Source: an uncultured Desulfovibrionaceae bacterium (GTDB taxonomy: Bacteria; Desulfobacterota; Desulfovibrionia; Desulfovibrionales; Desulfovibrionaceae). From it: a DNA stretch of 48,631 nucleotides. The notes beneath the pieces are model-generated. The model saw only the letters and a program-made list of their open reading frames with translations. It did not search any database and was not told the DNA's origin. The stretch's first letter is position 1; each line of letters begins with the position of its first letter. Of the stretch, positions 1 to 7,222 are shown one piece after another. The DNA lies in contig CAYJFE010000002.1 in the NCBI GenBank assembly GCA_964369165.1, positions 6,647 to 55,277 of the forward strand, given 5' to 3'. A program made the translations under genes and the position numbers.

Positions 1-26
1 GTTAAAAACTCTTTGAGGAGAAAAAA

Positions 27-1094
27 ATGGATAAAGAAAATTGTTGCCAGCATGAACATGAGCATGAAGATCATCACGGACACGGACACGGACACGGACA
101 CGGGCATGGGCACGGACACGGACACGGAAGAAAAAAAGAAACTAAAGTAGGAATATTGCTTGCGATGTTTGGGACTACTGATGAAGAAGCAAGTAAAAAT
201 TATTCTTATATAGAAAAAGAAATCAATAAGCGATTTCCTGATATACCGGTCTTTTTTTCCTATACAGCAGATAAAATTCGTCGTAAGCTCAAAAGGCAAA
301 ATAAAGAAGCTTTTTCCGTAAGCGAAGGCCTTATGCATATGCACGACAATGGATTCACGCATATAGCTGTTCAATCTTTGCACACTGTTCCAGGTGTTGA
401 ATTTCATTGGACAAAACAACAAGCTCTTGCTTTTGAACACCCACGCAAAGGCTTGCAAAAAATAAGCTTAGGCGATCCGCTTATTACGCATCCAACCTTA
501 TTACAAGTGGCTGAACATATTAAAGAATATGTGCCGCAAAATGTAGCAGAAGATGAAGCTATTGTTTTAGTTGGGCATGGTACCTATCATGAAGCGCAAG
601 TTTATTATCATGCTCTTGAAGCACGTATAGCAAAACATCTCACAAATTGCTTTGTAGGCGCTCTTATGGGCGAAAATCTTGGCATTGAACTAGTGATAGA
701 AAGATTGAAAGCAGAAAATTTCAAAAAAGTGCACCTTGTGCCTTTTATGGGCGTTCCAGGGCATCACTATCAGCTTGATTTACTTGGAAAACATAGCACT
801 TCATGGAAATCAATTCTTGTGCACGAAGGTTTTGAATGTTTTGAGCACGCTGTAGGCACAGTTGCGCATAAAGTTTTTACTCCTTTGTGGATGCATAATT
901 TACATATTGCTCTCTCTTCTCTTGGCGAGGAAGTGGCTGCAAAGCTTCCGCAAATTCCTGAAAATGAATTTATTTATAAAAGAAAAGAAATAAATTATGG
1001 GCATGCGCATGACCATTATCACGGGCATAAGCATGAGCACGATCATGATCACTCACACACACATGATTGCAAGTGTGAGCACCATTCGCATTAA
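27..1094 (+). CDS. cbiK: Sirohydrochlorin cobaltochelatase CbiK (anaerobic B12 pathway) with histidine-rich N- and C-terminal tails
   Basis: 355 aa. The core (VGILLAMFGTT..., class II chelatase fold length) matches CbiK and sits first in a cbi/cob gene string. GAGGAG RBS lies 7 nt upstream. N-terminus CCQHEHEHEDHH(GH)9 and C-terminus HAHDHYHGHKHEHDHDHSHTHDCKCEHHSH are metal-binding-like tails. Confidence 0.8.
   Translation: MDKENCCQHEHEHEDHHGHGHGHGHGHGHGHGHGRKKETKVGILLAMFGTTDEEASKNYSYIEKEINKRFPDIPVFFSYTADKIRRKLKRQNKEAFSVSEGLMHMHDNGFTHIAVQSLHTVPGVEFHWTKQQALAFEHPRKGLQKISLGDPLITHPTLLQVAEHIKEYVPQNVAEDEAIVLVGHGTYHEAQVYYHALEARIAKHLTNCFVGALMGENLGIELVIERLKAENFKKVHLVPFMGVPGHHYQLDLLGKHSTSWKSILVHEGFECFEHAVGTVAHKVFTPLWMHNLHIALSSLGEEVAAKLPQIPENEFIYKRKEINYGHAHDHYHGHKHEHDHDHSHTHDCKCEHHSH
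75..128 (+). repeat. In-frame hexanucleotide microsatellite (CACGGA/CACGGG/CATGGG)x9 encoding the (His-Gly)n tract of CbiK
   Basis: Direct read: cacgga cacgga cacgga cacgga cacggg catggg cacgga cacgga cacgga. The 6-nt unit preserves the reading frame. Confidence 0.9.
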
Positions 1095-1146
1095 TAGACG
1101 AGGGAAAGAAATTTCCCTCTAAAGGTTAGGGATTATAAGGTTTGTT

Positions 1147-1704
1147 ATGAGCAAGATTTACTATGTGAGCGGTGGAGCGAAAAGTGGCAAAAGTGCTTTT
1201 GCTGAAAAAATGGTATTTGCCGCTCATAAAAAGAGAATATATATTGCAACTGCGCATATTTATGATGAAGAAATGCAGGAAAAAGTGCGTGTGCATCAAA
1301 AACAGCGTGGTGAAGATTGGATAACTCTTGAAGCCTATAAGGATCTGTCTTTATTACTTAAAGAATATACAGATAAAGAATATATAATCCTTCTCGATTG
1401 TTTGACAAATCTGGTGACGAATTTTATGCTTTCTTCACACGAAGACTGGGAGCATATTTCAAAAGAAGAAATTGCAGAAATTCAGAAAAAAATTGAAGAA
1501 GAAGTGTGCGCTCTCTTAGATTTTATTAAAAATTCTTCACTTGATTTGATTGTGGTTTCAAATGAACTTGGAATGGGGCTTGTGCCTCCTTATGCGCTTG
1601 GCAGGCATTTTCGCGATATTGCGGGCAAAATAAATCAGCTTGTAGCACAAAGAGCTGATAAAGCCTCGTTTATTGTTTCTGGCTTGGAATTAGTATTGAA
1701 ATAG
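1147..1704 (+). CDS. cobU: Bifunctional adenosylcobinamide kinase / adenosylcobinamide-phosphate guanylyltransferase
   Basis: 185 aa. P-loop GGAKSGKS at the N-terminus. Size and position between cbiK and cobS are typical of CobU/CobP. Confidence 0.85.
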   Translation: MSKIYYVSGGAKSGKSAFAEKMVFAAHKKRIYIATAHIYDEEMQEKVRVHQKQRGEDWITLEAYKDLSLLLKEYTDKEYIILLDCLTNLVTNFMLSSHEDWEHISKEEIAEIQKKIEEEVCALLDFIKNSSLDLIVVSNELGMGLVPPYALGRHFRDIAGKINQLVAQRADKASFIVSGLELVLK

Positions 1705-1711
1705 AGGGAAT

Positions 1712-2515
1712 ATGTCAAAAATAATACAAGAAATCAATAATTTTCGCCTCTTGCTTGCTTTTAGTTCAAGACTGCCACTTACATTTCCAAAATACAGTGA
1801 AAAAGAACTTGGCAGAAGCATGATGTACTATCCCTTTGTGGGCTTTGTGATCAGCCTATTGCTTTGCCTTTTGCTTTATTTTATCACAAGCTTAGACATA
1901 ATTTCTCTCTCACCCTCTTTGCTGGCTATTATGGCTCTGATCCTTGAAATTCTCCTTGTTGGAGCAATACATCTTGATGGCTTGGCCGATATGTGCGATG
2001 GGATTTTTTCTTATCAAACAAAAGAGAAAATGCTTGAAATAATGAAAGATTCTTGCCTGGGAACCAATGCTTCCTTGGCTCTTATCTTTTACTTTTTAAC
2101 AAAATTTGCCTTGCTGACAGAAGTGTTCACACACTACACTAGTGGCACAGATTACTGGCTTTTTATAATAATTCCAGCAGTTTTTGCACGTTATTGTGTT
2201 GTTTATTCCTGTGCCTTTTTCCCTTATGCAAAAAATGAAGGCATGGGCAAAACTTTTGTTGATAATATAGGTTTAAAGGAATTTTTCAAGTCAACATTGG
2301 GGCTGTTTCTCTTGGTGTCAATAGTTTCTTTATGGCTAGAATTTTCTTTTTTTACAATTTTGCTCACTTTAGCGATAAATCTTCTTTTTGCATTTTATTT
2401 CAATAGAATAATGCTCAAGAAACTAGGAGGTTCAACAGGAGACACTTTTGGTGCTCTTCTTGAACTTTCTTCATTGCTTGCGCTTTTTATACTTGTTATT
2501 ATTACAAAAAACTAG
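1712..2515 (+). CDS. cobS: Adenosylcobinamide-GDP ribazoletransferase (cobalamin 5'-phosphate synthase)
   Basis: 267 aa polytopic membrane protein carrying the CobS signature HLDGLADMCDG. Separated from the cobU stop by an 8-nt gap. Confidence 0.85.
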   Translation: MSKIIQEINNFRLLLAFSSRLPLTFPKYSEKELGRSMMYYPFVGFVISLLLCLLLYFITSLDIISLSPSLLAIMALILEILLVGAIHLDGLADMCDGIFSYQTKEKMLEIMKDSCLGTNASLALIFYFLTKFALLTEVFTHYTSGTDYWLFIIIPAVFARYCVVYSCAFFPYAKNEGMGKTFVDNIGLKEFFKSTLGLFLLVSIVSLWLEFSFFTILLTLAINLLFAFYFNRIMLKKLGGSTGDTFGALLELSSLLALFILVIITKN

Positions 2516-2523
2516 GAAAATAT

Positions 2524-3102
2524 ATGGGAAAACTTATACTTGTGCGACATGGCGAATCTGTCCTTAACAAAACAAAATGTTATCATGGCTCGCTCAATCC
2601 TGACCTTACAGAAGAGGGTGAGGCGCAATGCAAGCGTGCACGTGAGCGACTTAAAAGACACGATTATGAGCTTGTCTATTCAAGCGATTATATACGAGCA
2701 AAAAGAACAGCTGAAATCGTGAATTATAAAGACATAGAAATTGTTGAAAATACGCTCTTGCGAGAGAAAAATTTTGGCATTTTTGAAGGCTTGACTTATG
2801 AGGAAATTGTTGAAAAATATCCTGCTGAGGCGAAAGAATGGTTTGAAGATGATAAGAATTATAATTTCAAAACAGGAGAATCGACAAATGAATTTTGCCA
2901 AAGAGTGATACAATTTGCAGATGAAGTTTTGGATTTGCAAAAAAACACCCTTCTTGTTGCGCATTGGGGCGTAATAGTTACTCTTTTGAGTTATTATATC
3001 ATAGGCAATAGAAATGGCTTGAGCAGTTTTAATATAAACAATGCAGGGCATGCTGTATTAGAATTTTATGAAAATAAATGTGTGCTGACTGAGTTAAATT
3101 AA
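2524..3102 (+). CDS. cobC: Alpha-ribazole-5'-phosphate phosphatase (histidine phosphatase superfamily)
   Basis: 192 aa. The N-terminal LILVRHGES...HG motif is the phosphoglycerate-mutase-like catalytic RHG. Positioned in the cobU-cobS-cobC operon. Confidence 0.75.
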   Translation: MGKLILVRHGESVLNKTKCYHGSLNPDLTEEGEAQCKRARERLKRHDYELVYSSDYIRAKRTAEIVNYKDIEIVENTLLREKNFGIFEGLTYEEIVEKYPAEAKEWFEDDKNYNFKTGESTNEFCQRVIQFADEVLDLQKNTLLVAHWGVIVTLLSYYIIGNRNGLSSFNINNAGHAVLEFYENKCVLTELN

Positions 3103-3141
3103 TAATAATATTATAAGTAGTTATATAATAAATTTCTATGC

Positions 3142-3168
3142 TTGACAAAGCAGAAAAGCTATTATAAT
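3142..3168 (+). promoter_or_regulatory. Putative sigma70-type internal promoter for cbiL-cbiA (TTGACA-15 nt-TATAAT), followed by a small hairpin (3208-3232)
   Basis: TTGACA at 3142-3147 and TATAAT at 3163-3168 lie in the 141-nt AT-rich gap between cobC and cbiL. The 15-nt spacer is shorter than optimal. Confidence 0.3.
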
Positions 3169-3243
3169 TTCAGCTACTTTGATTAAATACTATAGGCATT
3201 ATAGAGAAGACATCTTTCTTCTGAATGTCTATTCGGAGATTAT

Positions 3244-3954
3244 ATGAAATTAGGCAAATTATACGGTGTTGGCATTGGGCCAGGAGATCCACAATATTTA
3301 ACCTTGCGCGCAGTTGATGTGTTGAAGAGTGTAGATGTAATTTTTACTGTTATTTCAAAGAATTCAGACGATAGCGTGTCTAGTGGAGTTGTGCGAAGCC
3401 TTGAACCCAAAGGACAAATGCAGATGCTTGTTTTTAGTATGTCACGCAATAATGACGAAAGGCAGGCACAAATCAATGCAAACGCACAGCTCATTCTTGA
3501 AACTTTGAAAGAAGGTAAAAATTGTGCTTTTGCAACCTTGGGCGATCCATCTACTTACAGCACTTTTGCCTATGTTGTTGAAAGAATTTTGAAAATCTAC
3601 CCAGAACTTGATTTAGAAATTGTGCCCGGCATCACCTCATTTGCTACTTTAGCTGCCAAAGCGAAGGTTTCTTTAGTGGAAAACCGTGAAATGCTTAGAG
3701 TTGTTCCTTCTTTTAGAAATGATGATGTGGAAAAAATTCAATTCCCTGAAAATAGCACAACCATACTTCTCAAAACCTATCGCACACGCAAAGCTCTTAT
3801 CGAACTCCTAAGAAAAGAAGAAGCAAAAAGTCCTATCAAACAAATAGTTTATGGTGAAGAACTTGGCATGGCAGACGAACGCATTGTCTATTCCTTAGAC
3901 GAAATTGAGAAGTTGCCAGAAGCATATTTATCCATGATAATGGTAAAAAAATAG
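3244..3954 (+). CDS. cbiL: Cobalt-precorrin-2 C20-methyltransferase
   Basis: 236 aa. Tetrapyrrole methylase N-terminus LYGVGIGPGDPQYLTLRA. Position upstream of cbiC/cbiD. Confidence 0.85.
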   Translation: MKLGKLYGVGIGPGDPQYLTLRAVDVLKSVDVIFTVISKNSDDSVSSGVVRSLEPKGQMQMLVFSMSRNNDERQAQINANAQLILETLKEGKNCAFATLGDPSTYSTFAYVVERILKIYPELDLEIVPGITSFATLAAKAKVSLVENREMLRVVPSFRNDDVEKIQFPENSTTILLKTYRTRKALIELLRKEEAKSPIKQIVYGEELGMADERIVYSLDEIEKLPEAYLSMIMVKK

Positions 3955-3955
3955 T

Positions 3956-4663
3956 ATGAATACTGATAGTTATAAAGATAAAACTTGGCAGGAAATAAGT
4001 GAGAATGATCTGCGCTGGAATTTGAGTGGTGCAGAAATTGAAAGCGAGAGTTTTCGCATAATAGAAGCAGAGTTTCCACCTTCACAGCGTGCAAAACTGA
4101 GTGAAAATCAATGGCAAGTAGTGCGCCGTTTAATCCACACCACAGCGGATATGCATATAGCTGAAGGCCTTGTTTTCAATAATGATGCTATTGAAAAAGG
4201 GCAAAAAGCTTTGAAGAATTGCGCACATATTATCTGTGATTCAAAGATGATACGTTCGGGTATCTCGCTAGACAAGTTGAAAAAAATCAATGCAAATTAT
4301 AGCGAAGAAAAACTTATTTGCACAATAAGCGATGCAGATATTATAGAACAAGCTAAAAAAGAAAATAAAACCAGAGCCTTATGTAGTGCTGAAAAAGTGC
4401 GCCCCCTTATGGATAATGCAATTATTCTTGTAGGAAATGCGCCTTTATCTCTAGCGCGTTTTGCTCGTTATATTCTTGAAGAAGGGGCAAGGCCTGCCCT
4501 TGTGATAGGAATGCCTGTTGGCTTTGTGAATGTTGTGGAGTCAAAACAACTGCTTGCAAAAACTTCTTGCCCTCACATAGCACTTATGGGAAGACGTGGC
4601 GGTTCTGCGCTTGCTGTGACCACCTTGCACGCAATTATGGAAGATTTACTGGTAAGTATATGA
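3956..4663 (+). CDS. cbiC: Cobalt-precorrin-8 methylmutase
   Basis: 235 aa. CbiC/CobH family hallmarks (…ALVIGMPVGFVNVVESK…). The start overlaps the cbiL stop (TAGTATG). Confidence 0.85.
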   Translation: MNTDSYKDKTWQEISENDLRWNLSGAEIESESFRIIEAEFPPSQRAKLSENQWQVVRRLIHTTADMHIAEGLVFNNDAIEKGQKALKNCAHIICDSKMIRSGISLDKLKKINANYSEEKLICTISDADIIEQAKKENKTRALCSAEKVRPLMDNAIILVGNAPLSLARFARYILEEGARPALVIGMPVGFVNVVESKQLLAKTSCPHIALMGRRGGSALAVTTLHAIMEDLLVSI

Positions 4664-5844
4664 AAAAAAATAAGAAAGACTTAAAATGGGGCTATTCGAC
4701 AGGGGCTTGTATGTCTGCCTTGGCTCTTGCTGCGTGGCACTATTTTCAGTCAAAAACCTTTGCGCCTGACGTTGAGGTTTATTTCTTAGATTCTCAATTA
4801 AAACAAATTCCACTTTTAGAGCCTGATTTTACTAAAGAAATTCCTGTGTTTTTTGTGCAAAAAGACGGTGGTGATGATCCAGATTGCACTCACAAAGCTA
4901 TTCTCTATGCCTCTTTAGAAGAAATCCATTCTTCAGTAGACGAAGCAAAAAAAGAGGAAGATTATATTCTAACTATAGGAAAAGATACGCTTATTCTCAC
5001 AACAATAGAAGGTATAGGCTTAAGCACTCGCATAGGGCTTGATTGCGACAAAGGCTTATGGGCAATCAATAAAGGGCCACGCGAAATGCTTGTCAAAAAC
5101 CTAGAAAGAGCGGGCTTTGGCAAGGGCAATTGTGCTCGTGTGTGGCTTTTTGCGCTTGGGGTAGAAAAAGGCAAAGAGCTTGCAAAACATACGTTAAATC
5201 CAATACTTGGCGTAGTTGACGGAATTTCTATACTTGGAACAACAGGCCATGTGAAGCCATATAGCAATGCGGCCTATATAGAAACCATAAGGGTTTGTGT
5301 TCGTTCACAATTTTTAGTTTCAGGCTCTCATGTAGTTTTTTCAACTGGCGGACGCACCCAAAAACTTGCAAAAAAAATATATCCTGAATTAAGCGAGCAA
5401 GCTTTTGTTTCTATTGCAGATTTTATTGCTGAAAGTATAAAGATTGCTGATGAATACAAGATGAAAAAAGTCACGGTGGCTTGCATGGGCGGAAAGCTTT
5501 GTAAATATGCGGCAGGCTTAGAATATACCCATGCCCACAAGGTGAAGCAAGATATGCAGCTTCTGAGGGACGAAATCAATCTTGCTCTGCAAAAAGCAAA
5601 GGTTTTTCCAAGAGAAAATTCTTTTGCAAATGAGATAGAGAATGCGCAATCTGTGCGTGAAGCTTTACTTTATTTGCCTGAAAACATAAGAAATCTTGTT
5701 TTAGAGCAATTGGCGCAAAAGGCTTTAGCTTTTTTTCAATCTCTTGCTCCTTCTCTTGACTTTACCCTCCTTCTTTGCGATTTTGAAGGAAATCTTCTTT
5801 TTGATAAAAATCTACAGTCTAGCCATCAGGAATATGAGGCATAA
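4660..5844 (+). CDS. cbiD: Cobalt-precorrin-5B C1-methyltransferase
   Basis: The ATG at 4660 overlaps the cbiC stop (ATGA). It gives 394 aa beginning MKKNKKDLKWGYSTGACMSALA, which is the CbiD GY(S/T)TG motif. The track ORF from 4567 is an alternate-start extension that overlaps cbiC. Confidence 0.85.
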   Translation: MKKNKKDLKWGYSTGACMSALALAAWHYFQSKTFAPDVEVYFLDSQLKQIPLLEPDFTKEIPVFFVQKDGGDDPDCTHKAILYASLEEIHSSVDEAKKEEDYILTIGKDTLILTTIEGIGLSTRIGLDCDKGLWAINKGPREMLVKNLERAGFGKGNCARVWLFALGVEKGKELAKHTLNPILGVVDGISILGTTGHVKPYSNAAYIETIRVCVRSQFLVSGSHVVFSTGGRTQKLAKKIYPELSEQAFVSIADFIAESIKIADEYKMKKVTVACMGGKLCKYAAGLEYTHAHKVKQDMQLLRDEINLALQKAKVFPRENSFANEIENAQSVREALLYLPENIRNLVLEQLAQKALAFFQSLAPSLDFTLLLCDFEGNLLFDKNLQSSHQEYEA

Positions 5845-5847
5845 TTT

Positions 5848-7158
5848 ATGAGTATGAAAAAAATGGGTTTAAAGCAAAAAAGTGAAGAAATGAAATTATT
5901 TGTCTATTCATGCGGTATTGGGCATAATGCTGAAATTGCAAATCTTGACTTTTCTGCCTTTGATATGGTCTATGCTTCAAAAACTCTCTTGAGTGAATAT
6001 CTTGGGAATTTTGCTCAGAGCGAGTCGAATACACCAATTCTTCACTCTATAGGCGCTCACGCAAGGCAAGACGCGAAAAATATACTCAAATTTGTGCAAA
6101 ATGGAAAGAAAATTCTTGTTTTGTGTAGTGGCGATGCTCTCTACCATGCTTTTGGGGGAACACTTTTGGACTGTGCGAAAGAAGAAAATCTCTCAAATTT
6201 TTTGAGTGAGCATAGTGTATTTTATCCAAATATTACAGCTTTTCAGTCGCTTTTTCATCAAATCGGACTTGCGTGGAGCGAGGCCACACTTTTTAGTGCG
6301 CACAATTATTCTTCGCTTCCACTTCGCAAAATTCTTTCAAATCCCATGCCGCTTATCTATGGCGGAACACGTTTTCCTGCCCATATCATTGCGCAAGAAA
6401 TAATAGACTTTAATCCTGATTTCGCCAATCAATGCGCTATAGCGGCTGAATATCTTGGTTCAAACGATAATGAGAAAGCGCAAAGAATTGTTGAAGCAAA
6501 TCTTGAAGATATTGCAAAGGAAAATTTTGCGCCTACTTCTTTACTTCTTTTGCCTTATAATCTTGAAATGATAAAGAAAATACATCTCAGCTTGGGGCTT
6601 GAAGAATCATTTTATCATAAAGAAGAAAATCTCATTACTGCTTCTGATGCTAGAGCAATCATTCTTTCAAGGCTAAAGCTTCCACTTAAAGGCATTTTGT
6701 GGGATTTAGGTGCTGGTTCTGGCTCGATTGGCCTTGAGGCAGCCGCACTTCTTCCCAATTTAGAAGTCTATGCTATTGAAAAAAATGGAAAAAGAATTTT
6801 GGATATAGAAGCAAATAAGAAGAAGATGGGTGTCGATAATTATACAGTGATTCATTCGGCAATACGAGAAAAATTGCAAGAAGATGACTTGCAAAAAGCG
6901 GACAGAATTTTTATTGGCGGAGGCGGCAAGGAAATTGTTGAAATAGTGAAACTTGCCAAGCAAAAACTCAATGAAAATGGAGTGATGGTGATATCGGCTG
7001 TCACGCTTGAAACTTTTTCTGCCTTGCATTCATGGAAGAAAGAAGAAGAAAATGTTCAATGTATAAAACTTGACATAGCAAAAGAGCGAATAATTGCAAA
7101 TGAATATAGCTCTTTTAGTCAAAGCAATACACTTTATATATTTATTTACCAAGCATAA
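5848..7158 (+). CDS. cbiET: Fused cobalt-precorrin-6B C5,C15-methyltransferase / C12-decarboxylase (CbiE-CbiT)
   Basis: 436 aa. The N-terminal half is a tetrapyrrole-methylase-like fold. The C-terminal half has the Rossmann SAM motif ILWDLGAGSGSIGLEAA typical of CbiT. Confidence 0.8.
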   Translation: MSMKKMGLKQKSEEMKLFVYSCGIGHNAEIANLDFSAFDMVYASKTLLSEYLGNFAQSESNTPILHSIGAHARQDAKNILKFVQNGKKILVLCSGDALYHAFGGTLLDCAKEENLSNFLSEHSVFYPNITAFQSLFHQIGLAWSEATLFSAHNYSSLPLRKILSNPMPLIYGGTRFPAHIIAQEIIDFNPDFANQCAIAAEYLGSNDNEKAQRIVEANLEDIAKENFAPTSLLLLPYNLEMIKKIHLSLGLEESFYHKEENLITASDARAIILSRLKLPLKGILWDLGAGSGSIGLEAAALLPNLEVYAIEKNGKRILDIEANKKKMGVDNYTVIHSAIREKLQEDDLQKADRIFIGGGGKEIVEIVKLAKQKLNENGVMVISAVTLETFSALHSWKKEEENVQCIKLDIAKERIIANEYSSFSQSNTLYIFIYQA

Positions 7159-7222
7159 AATATGCAAAAAACTCTGAGCTTCATGCGCAAATGCGCTGAA
7201 TCAAAAGAGATAAGGAAGAAAG

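Noticed and set aside
2540-3051. Track ORFs 2540..2722 (+) and 2680..3051 (-) inside cobC
   Set aside because: Both lie fully within the well-supported cobC frame. They have no RBS and low-complexity translations, so they are shadow ORFs.
3103-3243. Possible cobalamin riboswitch in the cobC-cbiL gap
   Set aside because: The gap is only 141 nt including a promoter, and no B12-box-like consensus is visible. A covariance-model scan is needed for certainty.
4567-4659. N-terminal extension of cbiD from an alternate start at 4567
   Set aside because: It overlaps the last 97 nt of cbiC. The ATG at 4660 overlaps the cbiC stop (ATGA) and yields the canonical CbiD N-terminus, so the shorter gene is preferred.
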